A model generated the notes under the pieces. The model had not been told where the DNA came from, made no database searches, and saw nothing but the letters and a program-made list of their open reading frames with translations. Below, piece after piece: positions 27,707-36,142 of a stretch of DNA of 36,142 nt (position 1 is its first letter; every line of letters begins with the position of its first letter). A program made the position numbers and the translations under genes. The DNA comes from an uncultured Gemmatimonadota bacterium (GTDB lineage Bacteria; GCA-2686955). The stretch is taken from the NCBI GenBank assembly GCA_964490075.1, contig CAZBBK010000014.1, positions 62,001 to 98,142 on the forward strand. The letters run 5' to 3'.

Positions 27707-30700
27707 ATGATCAGTAAGACGGTGAACAACGCGGCGACGCTGACGCTGGCGGCCCTTCTCGGCGCAGCGCTGTGCTCCCCGGCCGCCCTCGGCGCCACCA
27801 ACAAGTTGCCGGACGGCTTCGGGTTCGAGACCGGTCCCGACGGCTGGGACGTGATGCCCCACTACGCCTTCCAGGATCCGGCCGACACCACGACCAGCTA
27901 TCCGCGCGGCTGGCGTATGGCCACTGCGGTCGCCGACACGGCGCTGGAGGGCGACTTCTGTCTGGCGCTCGAAGGCGGCCCGACGCTCCAGTACCACGAC
28001 GTCCGCTGGGCCCCGGTGCTGCTCGAGGCGAACACCGATTACACCTTCAGCGCCTACCTGAAGGTCGAGAGCGATTACTACGGCGGCGGTTGCGGGCAGG
28101 CCGGCTTCGGCGCCAGCTTTGCCGTCACCAACGGCTTCGGAACCGCCCTCACGCACCAGGCGATGCGCGATCACGATTCCGACCTGACCACCTGCTTCGA
28201 GCGGATCTACTTCCACTTCAACACCGCCGACATCCAGGCCGGCAACCTGCATCCGCGGAGCATGTATGGCTTCCGCCTGACCATCGACACTACGCAGCGC
28301 TCACCCACCGACACCGGCGAGTACACCGTCTACGTCGATGCGGTGCAGCTCGAGAAGAGCGCTGCTCCGAGCGCCTTTCTGCCGCCCAAGCCTCTCGACG
28401 TCGGGCTCGACGTGATCCCGGCCGCCGCCGACGCACCGGTCGCCGAACGTGCCCTGCGCCACTACAAGCTCTTCGAAGAGAGCGAGGCGCTCGAGTTCCG
28501 CTGCTGGGTCTATGCGCGTCCGGGATCGCAGCGCCCGCGGGGCGTCGGGGTGCGCGTCGAGGACGCCGCCCTGCGCAACGCCGACGGATCGCCCCTGGTG
28601 CTGGTGGAGCGGCTGCGTCTCTCAGATCCGGGCCAGGGGGTGGCCGGCAACTTCACCCTCGACCACGCCGATTTGGAGGCCGGCAGCGGCATCTACCGCA
28701 TCGTTTTCGGCGCGCCCCTGGAGGACGAGTCGGAGGAGCTGGTGTTCGGCGTGCTGCATCCCGCCCATCCCGCGGCCGCCGTGCCGGCCGCCGATCACCA
28801 GTTCGGAGTGCAGCTCGGCAACTTCAAGTACCTGCACCGCCTGGTCAACGAGGATGGCGACCCGAACAACGATCGGCCGGAATGCGATGGCGCGGAGACC
28901 GGCGATCCCGAGTGCACCGTGCGCGTGCTCTACGCGCTCGGCCCCGATCCCAACTTGCCGCTGTGGATGATCGAACGGCTGGGAATCCCGCATCTCAGGG
29001 TCAAGCACGTCTTCCATCCGAAAGGCTACGCCCCGACCGACTCGTTGAATGGCACCTGGGACCTGAGCTACGTCGAGCGCTTCGTCGACACCGTCAACCA
29101 GTACCAGATCGGCATTCTCGGTATGACCGGAGACGATCTGCACGAGGTCGAGAACCTGGCCGCCAAGACGGTCAACGGCTATCCGGGCTGGATGAGCCCC
29201 GACCTACAGGGCTGGCAGGCCTTCTGTGACGGCCACCTGCGCGCCTACCAGGAGTTGGCGGCGACGCTCGGCAACCGGGTAGAGGCCTACGAGGTGTTCA
29301 ACGAGCCGACCAGCATCCGCAACTCGATGACGGCCGCCAAGCTGGCGCAGCTCGACCAGGGCTCGAGCGACGTGATCGCCAACGCCGGCCTCGACGTGCA
29401 AGTGGTCGGCTTCGGCCTCACCGGGATGGGGCCGCGCGGGGTCAACGCCGCGCCCGACTTTCCCCAGGGGCGCGACGCTCTCTTCGGCGAGTTCATCGAG
29501 CTCGGGGGATTGAACGCGATGGACGTCGCCGCCATGCACGTCGCGGTCACCTCCGAGATCGAAATCTACCCCGACTCGCTCTACAACCACGGCCTGGAGA
29601 TGCGCCTGGCCTACTGCGCGCGGGCGCTCAAGACCGAGATCGATCGCCTGATCGAGGTGGGCGATCCGACCAACGAGGGCTTCCCCTTCTGGGTCACAGA
29701 GACCAGCTTCCTGTCCGGCTCGGTCTATCCGAAATTCGACATTCCGGGAGCGAGCGATGTCGGCACGGCGGGGCGACGCGTCGATCCGCACCGAGAGGTG
29801 GCGCGGCTGATGGCGCAGGAGTTCGTGAACTTCGTGGCGAGCGGCTGGCAGCGCGCCTATTACTTCAACTTCGATGCCACGCTCTTCGTCGGCGTGAACA
29901 ACGGCGTGTTCCGCTCCCTGGTCGATGTCTATGGATCGCCCCGCACCGCGCTGGGGGCGTTCTACAACGTCTCGCAGAACCTGGCCGGCGCGACCTTCGT
30001 GGAGCGCTTCGAATCCGACGCGATCAAGCGGGTGTTCCTGAAGTTCGAGCGCGGCAGCGACGACATCATCGTGGCCTACTCGCTGGACGCCCACTTCCCC
30101 GACCTGCCCTTCCAGCTCAGCGAGCCGGCGATCTACGTCAGCATGTGGGGCAAGCAGGTGATCAACCCCGAGCTGAGCCCCGATCCGATCTTCATCCACG
30201 GCCCCGATCTCGATCTCTTTGGTGTCGCCTCGCAGATCGAGGAGCAGGCCGCGGCAGCCCGGGCGCCGCTGTCGCTCCAGGATAGCGACGATCCGACGCT
30301 GACCTTCGACCACATCCCCTGGACCGGGAAGTACCAGTGGGATTTCGAGTGCGCCTCGCATCTCTGGCTCGGTTCGGAGCCCAATCCCGAGGACTTGAAC
30401 GACCGCTACATCCAGTTCATCCAGCGCTTCACCGATGGTCTGCACCGGCAGATGGTTCCCCAGGGGGAGCTCTTCCAGGGCTACACCGACGAGATCGACG
30501 GGGTCTCCACCTCGGTGCACAGCGGCGAGACGCTCTTTCTCGGGTCCGATCTGCTCAACCACTACGGCTCTTTGAGCGAGCAGGTGGCGGCGCTGATCGG
30601 AGAGGTCGAGCAGTACCTGGTGATCTCGGAGCGCGGCGGCATCAACACCGGTGTCTACCTCTACGGCTGCACCGACACGACGATCACCCAGGACCCCCGC

Positions 30701-30955
30701 TATCATCTGCCCCTCCTCGATCCGGCCCAAGTCGACCTGGTGGAGAGGCGCCTCAACGTCCCGGCACACCAGGTGGACCTGGTCGAGCTCTTGACCGAGA
30801 AGGGCTACCTGATCGACCCCGCCAAGGAGTACCTGGTAGACTTGGTGAGCTACGCGGTGGGGGACGGAGCGGTGTTCGGGATCGACGCGGTCTACTACCA
30901 TGACGGCGCGGTGGCGCGCGAAGAGCCCGAGAGCGCGGGCTCGGAGGGGCACTGA
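27707..30955 (+). CDS. Secreted multidomain clan-A glycoside hydrolase (GH39-like) with N-terminal CBM4/9-like domain
   Basis: Signal peptide MISK..LAALLGAALCSPAALG-A. CBM-like GFE..W..LEANTDYTFSAYLK..YVDAVQLE; acid/base YEVFNEP; nucleophile FWVTETS; RAYYF. Start uncertain (in-frame ATG at 27632 also present). Confidence 0.75.
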   Translation: MISKTVNNAATLTLAALLGAALCSPAALGATNKLPDGFGFETGPDGWDVMPHYAFQDPADTTTSYPRGWRMATAVADTALEGDFCLALEGGPTLQYHDVRWAPVLLEANTDYTFSAYLKVESDYYGGGCGQAGFGASFAVTNGFGTALTHQAMRDHDSDLTTCFERIYFHFNTADIQAGNLHPRSMYGFRLTIDTTQRSPTDTGEYTVYVDAVQLEKSAAPSAFLPPKPLDVGLDVIPAAADAPVAERALRHYKLFEESEALEFRCWVYARPGSQRPRGVGVRVEDAALRNADGSPLVLVERLRLSDPGQGVAGNFTLDHADLEAGSGIYRIVFGAPLEDESEELVFGVLHPAHPAAAVPAADHQFGVQLGNFKYLHRLVNEDGDPNNDRPECDGAETGDPECTVRVLYALGPDPNLPLWMIERLGIPHLRVKHVFHPKGYAPTDSLNGTWDLSYVERFVDTVNQYQIGILGMTGDDLHEVENLAAKTVNGYPGWMSPDLQGWQAFCDGHLRAYQELAATLGNRVEAYEVFNEPTSIRNSMTAAKLAQLDQGSSDVIANAGLDVQVVGFGLTGMGPRGVNAAPDFPQGRDALFGEFIELGGLNAMDVAAMHVAVTSEIEIYPDSLYNHGLEMRLAYCARALKTEIDRLIEVGDPTNEGFPFWVTETSFLSGSVYPKFDIPGASDVGTAGRRVDPHREVARLMAQEFVNFVASGWQRAYYFNFDATLFVGVNNGVFRSLVDVYGSPRTALGAFYNVSQNLAGATFVERFESDAIKRVFLKFERGSDDIIVAYSLDAHFPDLPFQLSEPAIYVSMWGKQVINPELSPDPIFIHGPDLDLFGVASQIEEQAAAARAPLSLQDSDDPTLTFDHIPWTGKYQWDFECASHLWLGSEPNPEDLNDRYIQFIQRFTDGLHRQMVPQGELFQGYTDEIDGVSTSVHSGETLFLGSDLLNHYGSLSEQVAALIGEVEQYLVISERGGINTGVYLYGCTDTTITQDPRYHLPLLDPAQVDLVERRLNVPAHQVDLVELLTEKGYLIDPAKEYLVDLVSYAVGDGAVFGIDAVYYHDGAVAREEPESAGSEGH

Positions 30956-30998
30956 GCGGAGCCGGCGGCCGGGACCCCAGGCCGGCAGCGGATGTCGC

Positions 30999-31029
30999 TT
31001 GACAGGGCCCCCGCCCGCACGCTATTAAT
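30999..31029 (+). promoter_or_regulatory. Sigma-70 promoter of rpsT
   Basis: TTGACA-N18-TATTAAT, 30 bp before the start codon. Confidence 0.6.
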
Positions 31030-31059
31030 CCCGGTCTGTACCAGCCCTGGAGGAACCCC

Positions 31060-31317
31060 TTGCCACACCATCGGTCCGCCGCGAAGAGACTGCGCCAGTC
31101 GGTCGTCTCCCGGCAGCGCAATCGCACCGTCAAGAGCAGCATCAAGACCGCCATCAAGAAGCTCGACGCCACCACCGATCCGGCCGAAGCGCGCACGCTG
31201 CTGAGCGAGGTCCACGGCATGATCGACTCGGCGGCCAAGCGCAATGTGATGCACGCGCGCACCGCCGCGCGCCGCAAGTCGCGGTTGGCGAAGAAGATCA
31301 ACAAGCTGGCCGACTGA
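31060..31317 (+). CDS. rpsT: 30S ribosomal protein S20
   Basis: SAAKRLRQS..RNRTVKSSIKTAIKK..IDSAAKRNVMH..AARRKSRL. TTG start with GGAGGA. Confidence 0.96.
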   Translation: MPHHRSAAKRLRQSVVSRQRNRTVKSSIKTAIKKLDATTDPAEARTLLSEVHGMIDSAAKRNVMHARTAARRKSRLAKKINKLAD

Positions 31318-31319
31318 GC

Positions 31320-31337
31320 GGCGGCGGCATCGCCGCC
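31320..31337. terminator. GC hairpin after rpsT between convergent genes
   Basis: GGCGGCG-GCAT-CGCCGCC, with no U-tract. Confidence 0.4.
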
Positions 31338-31392
31338 TCAGACCAGCCCGCGGAGCCGGTGTGCTCGCGGGCTGTCTGCTGTACGGCGGCCG

Positions 31393-33324
31393 CTACCCCG
31401 CGCCGGCAGCGGCGAGGCGGCGGGCTTGGCGCAGCGCGCGTTGCGCGTCGTCTGGCCGGCCGAGCGCCTGGTAGAGAGTGGCCAGGTCGCGCCGGCAGGC
31501 GGGATCGGCGGGCAGCATCCGGGCGGCGCGAATGAGCTCGGCGAGCGCCTGGTCGAGCCGCCCTTGGGAGCGATGGAGCAGCGCGCGGGCATGAGCGAAG
31601 CGCCCGTGCTCATCGGCCAGGCGCAGTGCGCGCGGATCGTGCAGCACGCTGCCGCTCGGCGGAATGCGCGGCGGGTCGAGGGCGGCGGGCGCCAGGGCCG
31701 GCAGATCCGGCGCCGCCCTGCCCGGCGGAACCATCCGCCAGGCCAGCACCCGGGGCATCGAGCGCCAGCCGCGCAGGATCTCCTCGGGGCTGTCGAGCAG
31801 CGCGTAGCCCGGCCGCGCCCGCGTCCCGCCTGCGAGCAGGCCCCGGCAGATCGCCACGTAGTGGCGCTGCAGGCGCGCCGCGTCGTACGCCTCTCCGGCT
31901 TCGAAGGCCCGGAGCGCGTCGAGGAACTCCCGCACGTCGGTGCGCACCGCGGCGTGCAGATCGGGCGCGACACGCTCCAGGTAGCCGTAGTACCAGGAGC
32001 GCCGCAGCAGCTCCTTGTCGACCAGCGCGACATCTTCTCTGAGCCCCTCGACCTGCTGCAGGTAGATCGCCGAGGAGTAGGCATCCCAGCGATCGGTGAG
32101 CAGCACGGCGCGCGGCTCGAGCCCTTCCAGCAAGGTGCGGGCATAGTCATCGACCACCCGGTAGTCGGCACGCGCCGCCACCGGCGCTGACACCACCCCG
32201 GCGACCACCACCAGCACCAGCGCCGCGCTCTGGGCGGCGATCCAGCCGCGCCGCCCCAGTCCCGCCAGAGCGGCGCCCGCTAGCAGGGCCAACGCCACCT
32301 CGCCCGGGATCAGGTAGGAGCGGATGTCGGGGATCTCGTAGTTCAGCGTCAGGAGCAGGTTGGCTGCCGCCACCGCCAGCAGCATGGCGCCGCGCCGCGG
32401 TAGGCGGCGGGTGAGGATCAGTCCCAGCGCAACCACCGCCACCAGCGCGGGGATGTCCTCGACGAGCTCGATGCGGATCAGGTCGGCGGCGGCGGTGGCC
32501 AGTTCGGCCGGTCCGCGGGTGAACATCCACACCTGGTACTGCGCCCCCCGCAGGTGGCGCAGAAAGGCCGCCGATGTGGAGGGATCACCCCAGTTCAAGA
32601 GCGGCGCGGCGCCCGCGCGCAGCGGCAGTTGCAGCACCACCGTGGCGCCCAGCAAGGCCCACGCCGTGCCGCGTGCCGTGTCGGTGAATCGGGTACGGCG
32701 CGGCAGCGCGCTCAGCAGCCAGAGCCCGGCCGGCGCGGTCGCCAGCACCGAGAGGTGGTTGCCGGCCGCCAGACCGAAGATCAGGCACCAGAGCAGGAAG
32801 AGGCGCCGCCGCGTCCTATTCGCGCTCGTCCCCAATCCTTCCCAGGCCAGCGCCAGGAGCACCGCGCTCAAGAGCGCGGTCAGGGTGTAGACCTCGATCT
32901 CGCCGGCCGCCAGCCAGAAGGAGCGGCTCGAGCCCAGGGCGGCGGCGACCAGGGCGGCCGAAAGCGCCGCGTGGAGCGCGCCGTGGCCGGCTCGCAGCAT
33001 GGTCCGTGCGACCACGCCGCAGAGCAGCCCCACGGTCAATGCCGCGGGACCGTGAGAGAGCCAGGCCAGCAGCGCGGGCGGGGACTCGCCGGCCCAGGGC
33101 GCCAGCGCATAACCGAGCAGCGTGAACAGGGGGTAGCCGGTCGGATGGGCGACTCCGCCGCTCATCACCACGGCCATCAGCTCGCCCGAGTCGATCAACC
33201 CCACCACGCCGGGGTTGGAGGCCGCGTACAGCAAAGCGGCCGCCACGGCGGACACCGTGGCGGTCGCGGTGAGCAGGGCTCGCTCGCGAGAAGGGCGCCT
33301 CACGGTCCGGCGCGCCCCGCGCAT
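31393..33324 (-). CDS. DUF2723/TMEM260-like GT-C membrane glycosyltransferase with C-terminal TPR
   Basis: DSGEL...GVAHPTGYPLF, EIEVYTL, GNHLS, LNWGDP, YEIPDIRSYLIP, YLQQVEGLREDV; TPR-like C-terminus. Confidence 0.88.
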   Translation of the reverse strand: MRGARRTVRRPSRERALLTATATVSAVAAALLYAASNPGVVGLIDSGELMAVVMSGGVAHPTGYPLFTLLGYALAPWAGESPPALLAWLSHGPAALTVGLLCGVVARTMLRAGHGALHAALSAALVAAALGSSRSFWLAAGEIEVYTLTALLSAVLLALAWEGLGTSANRTRRRLFLLWCLIFGLAAGNHLSVLATAPAGLWLLSALPRRTRFTDTARGTAWALLGATVVLQLPLRAGAAPLLNWGDPSTSAAFLRHLRGAQYQVWMFTRGPAELATAAADLIRIELVEDIPALVAVVALGLILTRRLPRRGAMLLAVAAANLLLTLNYEIPDIRSYLIPGEVALALLAGAALAGLGRRGWIAAQSAALVLVVVAGVVSAPVAARADYRVVDDYARTLLEGLEPRAVLLTDRWDAYSSAIYLQQVEGLREDVALVDKELLRRSWYYGYLERVAPDLHAAVRTDVREFLDALRAFEAGEAYDAARLQRHYVAICRGLLAGGTRARPGYALLDSPEEILRGWRSMPRVLAWRMVPPGRAAPDLPALAPAALDPPRIPPSGSVLHDPRALRLADEHGRFAHARALLHRSQGRLDQALAELIRAARMLPADPACRRDLATLYQALGRPDDAQRALRQARRLAAAGAG

Positions 33325-33360
33325 CCGCCACCACCGGTGGGGCGGATGCGAGGAGTCGAA

Positions 33361-33456
33361 TCAGACCTTCTTCTTCTTGTGTCGATTCGCGCGGCGCCGC
33401 TTCTTACGCTTATGAGTGGCGATCTTGTGACGCTTGCGCTTCTTTCCACAGGGCAA
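33361..33456 (-). CDS. 31-aa basic ribosomal protein, bS22/mS38 (AURKAIP1/COX24)-like
   Basis: TTG start 6 nt after GAGGAGGAG; MPCGKKRKRHKIATHKRKKRRRANRHKKKKV. Appears in the track only as the tail of a longer ORF. Confidence 0.88.
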   Translation of the reverse strand: MPCGKKRKRHKIATHKRKKRRRANRHKKKKV

Positions 33457-33530
33457 TGAACGCTCCTCCTCGCGGCGCGACTCGTCGAGGCACCGGGGTT
33501 GGGGGGGCCTCTCCGCTCCGTCGGCCGCGC

Positions 33531-33806
33531 TCAGCCGGCCACGCGGGCCTTCAGGTCCTTCGATGGTTTGAACACGGGCACATCGCGGGCGGGAACCTCG
33601 ACCGACGCTCCGGTGCGAGGATTGCGCGCCATGCGGCCCTTTCGGGACTTGACTTTGAAACTCCCGAAGCCGCGGATTTCGATGTTCTGGCCTTCGGCCA
33701 GCGCCTGCGAGACGCACTCGATCAGCGCATCCACACTGGCTGCCGCGTCCTTCTTGGTCAGGCCGGTGTCTTCGGCGACTTGCTCGACGAGATCCGCCTT
33801 CGTCAT
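33531..33806 (-). CDS. hup: HU/IHF-family DNA-binding protein
   Basis: ATG 33806 with GAGGAGG. MTKADLV..IEIRGFGSF..ARNPRTG..VPVFKPSKDLK. Confidence 0.94.
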   Translation of the reverse strand: MTKADLVEQVAEDTGLTKKDAAASVDALIECVSQALAEGQNIEIRGFGSFKVKSRKGRMARNPRTGASVEVPARDVPVFKPSKDLKARVAG

Positions 33807-33985
33807 GTCTGCGTCCTCCTCTTGACCGCGATGTGGAAGGCTGCCGCCCTTCGGGTGGGCCGTTCCGCCGATCGTCCACGCCACACGTTGGTGGACCGCC
33901 GGACTCGACAGCCTCTCATTCGAGAGATTGGCCAGCGCATCGTATCTGGTTGTAAAAGCACAGGATACGCCAGACCATGGAGCGC

Positions 33986-34015
33986 ACGCTAGCAGACCGA
34001 TTCCGTGGCTGTCAA
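33986..34015 (-). promoter_or_regulatory. Sigma-70 promoter for hup and the bS22-like gene
   Basis: Minus strand TTGACA-N18-TAGCGT with an extended -10 TGn. Confidence 0.65.
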
Positions 34016-34061
34016 CACGGTAAACGCAATCGCAAGAGCAACTTCCAGTCTGCTTCCCGGA

Positions 34062-35315
34062 TCAACAGTCCGGGTTGGCAAAGAACAGCTCCTCGTTGGC
34101 CAGCATCTTGGAGTTGACCACTTCGATCTTGCCGCCGGCGAAGTCCCCGACCTGGGCGTCCTGCTGGGCCTGCCGGTACTCCGAGAGCGCCTTGCGGAAG
34201 TGGCGGTTCACCGCGTCGGCCTGGCGCTTGCACTTGGTCTCCTCGAACTTCGCGCGCGCTGCGTCGCCGCGCTTCTCGTGGATCTCGCCGTAGGAGGCGT
34301 GCAGCTGGGCGTCTCCGCTGTCGATTGCCAAGCCCTTGCGTACCACTCGCTCCGCGCCGTCGAGGTCGCCCAGCTTGACGTAGGCGATCGAGCAGCGGTG
34401 CATGGCGCTCAGGTTCTGGGAATCGATGCGGAAGCAGGATTCGAAGGAGCGCACGGCGCCGCGCAGATCGCCCAGCGCCATCTGGCACTGCCCCTTCTTG
34501 GTGTGCGCTTCGGAGTTGTCGGGATCGAGCGCGACCAGCTTCTCGTAGACCGCCAGCGCGCTCGGCAGATCGTCGGAGCGCCGATGGGCGATCGCCAGCC
34601 GCTCGTTGAACTCGAAGTCGTTGGGACGCAGTGCGACCGCCGCCGCCAGCGCCGGGATCGAGCGTTGCCACTCCTCTTCGCGCTGGTAGAGCATGCCGAT
34701 CTTGAAGGCCAGGGCGTCATCCTCGGGGTTGGCGGCGAATATCACCTCGTAGTGCTCCACCGCGGCCAGCAGATCCTCCTCGTTTTCCAGCAGCTGCGCC
34801 AGGCGGCGGCGCGCCTCGAGGTTGCTTGGATCCTCGGCGATCTGCTTCTCGTAAAGGGCGATCGCCTCTTCGTAGCCGCCGCCGCGGGTCAAGAGCTGCG
34901 CCTTGCCGTCGAGGGCGCTCTTGTTGTTGGGATCGAGGGTGAGCACGGCGTCGTACTGCGCCTCGGCTTCGTCGAAGCGTTCCATTTCCCAGTAGAGACC
35001 GCCCAGGCGCAGCCGCGCGTCGACGTGCTCGGGGTCGATGGCGAGCACCTTCTGGTAGTTCGTCTGGGCGCGCTCGAAGGCCACCTGCCGGGCCTCGCTG
35101 GTGGTGGCGGTCTTGACCGCCTTGGCGTACTCGTAGGCCGTGGAGTAGGCGATCATCAGCTGCCGCTTGTCGGCCTCGGTCGGGGCTTGTGCCAGCGCCT
35201 GCGCTTCGGGAGCCAGCGCCGGGTCCCGGTCGGGAGCGGTCGCTTGCGGCGGGGTGCAGCCGGACCAGACCACGAGGCCGGCGGAGAGGACGAGGACCAG
35301 TGAGCGCGCGTTCAT
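34062..35315 (-). CDS. Tetratricopeptide-repeat lipoprotein
   Basis: ATG 35315 (GGAG upstream), lipobox-like VWSGC, about 8 TPR units (YQKVLAIDP, YDAVLTLDP, YEKLVALDP). Confidence 0.88.
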   Translation of the reverse strand: MNARSLVLVLSAGLVVWSGCTPPQATAPDRDPALAPEAQALAQAPTEADKRQLMIAYSTAYEYAKAVKTATTSEARQVAFERAQTNYQKVLAIDPEHVDARLRLGGLYWEMERFDEAEAQYDAVLTLDPNNKSALDGKAQLLTRGGGYEEAIALYEKQIAEDPSNLEARRRLAQLLENEEDLLAAVEHYEVIFAANPEDDALAFKIGMLYQREEEWQRSIPALAAAVALRPNDFEFNERLAIAHRRSDDLPSALAVYEKLVALDPDNSEAHTKKGQCQMALGDLRGAVRSFESCFRIDSQNLSAMHRCSIAYVKLGDLDGAERVVRKGLAIDSGDAQLHASYGEIHEKRGDAARAKFEETKCKRQADAVNRHFRKALSEYRQAQQDAQVGDFAGGKIEVVNSKMLANEELFFANPDC

Positions 35316-35398
35316 TTCAGCTCCGAGGGGTTCCACGGGAATCGACGCCGACGGGGTGCGGCGGAGGAAGGGGGACTATAGCGCTTCCGGGCCGAGAT

Positions 35399-35836
35399 CT
35401 ACGGCGCGTCGAAGAAGCTGGTGGAGCTCCAGTACGGCGCGTAGGGAGAGCTGCCGCGGGCGCGCCCCAGATCGACGTGGAAGAAGAGATTCTCGGTCGG
35501 CCGGTAGCTCAGCTCGAGCCCAGGCAGCACGCTAGGCGCAGCGCCCGGCATGGCGGGGCCGGCCAGCGAGGCGCTGTGGGCCAGGTCGAGGTGGATGCGC
35601 AGGTCGAGCGCGTCGTGCAGCTTGAGATCGAAGGAGTTGAGCACCATGCTCTGCTGCACGGTCTGACCGCCTCCGGAGATGATCGAGTACTGGAAGCCGT
35701 GGCTGTGGGTGAAGAGCTCCGGGCTCAGCAGGCCGGAAGTCGCGGGTAGGCCCAGCGTGAAGGCGCCCTCGGTGGGCGCGGGGTTGCCGCTCAGGGCACT
35801 GAGCGCCACCAGGGTCGTGAGCGATGCGTGGATCAT
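35399..35836 (-). CDS. Secreted beta-rich hypothetical protein
   Basis: ATG 35836 with GGAGGAGGAG; hydrophobic N-terminus; alternating strands (HSHGFQYSII, LDLRIHLDL, LELSYRPTENLFFHVDL). Confidence 0.7.
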   Translation of the reverse strand: MIHASLTTLVALSALSGNPAPTEGAFTLGLPATSGLLSPELFTHSHGFQYSIISGGGQTVQQSMVLNSFDLKLHDALDLRIHLDLAHSASLAGPAMPGAAPSVLPGLELSYRPTENLFFHVDLGRARGSSPYAPYWSSTSFFDAP

Positions 35837-35861
35837 GGAATCGTCTCCTCCTCCGGTGACG

Positions 35862-35890
35862 AATATCCGCCACCCTCTTCCCGGCGTCAA
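35862..35890 (-). promoter_or_regulatory. Possible sigma-70 promoter
   Basis: TTGACG-N17-GATATT about 25 bp before the ATG; the -10 box is weak. Confidence 0.3.
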
Positions 35891-36142
35891 TGGGGGAGGC
35901 GAGGATCTGGCGTTTCGACATAGCGCGGCAAGCGAAGCGCCCTGCCGTCTCATTGACGAGGAGTCTGCCAGCTCTGCGCGCGATCGAGTGGCCCCCGGGC
36001 GGTGGCAACCGGGGATTGCGGCCGCGGAGATGGGAGTTGCGACCGGAATTTGGCCGCAACGCGTGACCGCGGCGGCGGAGATCGGGAGAACGACCGCTCA
36101 TCGACCTCGGCTCGCGGCTTTGGTCGCGCTGACGCGACGCGG

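Noticed and set aside
36098-36142. 3' end of an upstream minus-strand gene (..PRRVSATKAASRGR*)
   Set aside because: Only 15 codons are visible, which cannot be distinguished from chance.

Overview
GC-rich chromosomal window from a diderm bacterium. The gene content (bS22-like peptide, BamG/H-like pair, DUF4321, DUF2723) suggests the FCB superphylum or a related candidate phylum; this is inference. Left to right: (1) a minus-strand module with a Cache/HAMP histidine kinase and an NtrC-type sigma-54 activator, then three enhancer-like repeats and a near-consensus -24/-12 promoter ahead of a CX3CH heme lipoprotein (EB_dh/DOMON-like) and a probable porin that runs off the left edge; (2) a long plus-strand housekeeping run: YwlE-like phosphatase, hbd, Leu dehydrogenase, rpiB, glyA, nrdR, tatC with a large insertion, polyprenyl synthase, DUF4321, tandem-DNRLRE/DUF4270-like lipoprotein, FadL-like beta-barrel and a polysaccharide deacetylase; (3) a Wzx/Wzy exopolysaccharide locus with an apparently inactive BY-kinase, a GT4-WecG fusion, a palindrome plus sigma-54-like site and a large secreted clan-A glycoside hydrolase; (4) rpsT, DUF2723/TMEM260-like GT-C, a 31-aa bS22-like protein, HU, a TPR lipoprotein and a secreted hypothetical protein. 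No tRNA, rRNA, CRISPR array or transposase was recognised. All family calls come from motif recognition, not database searches.
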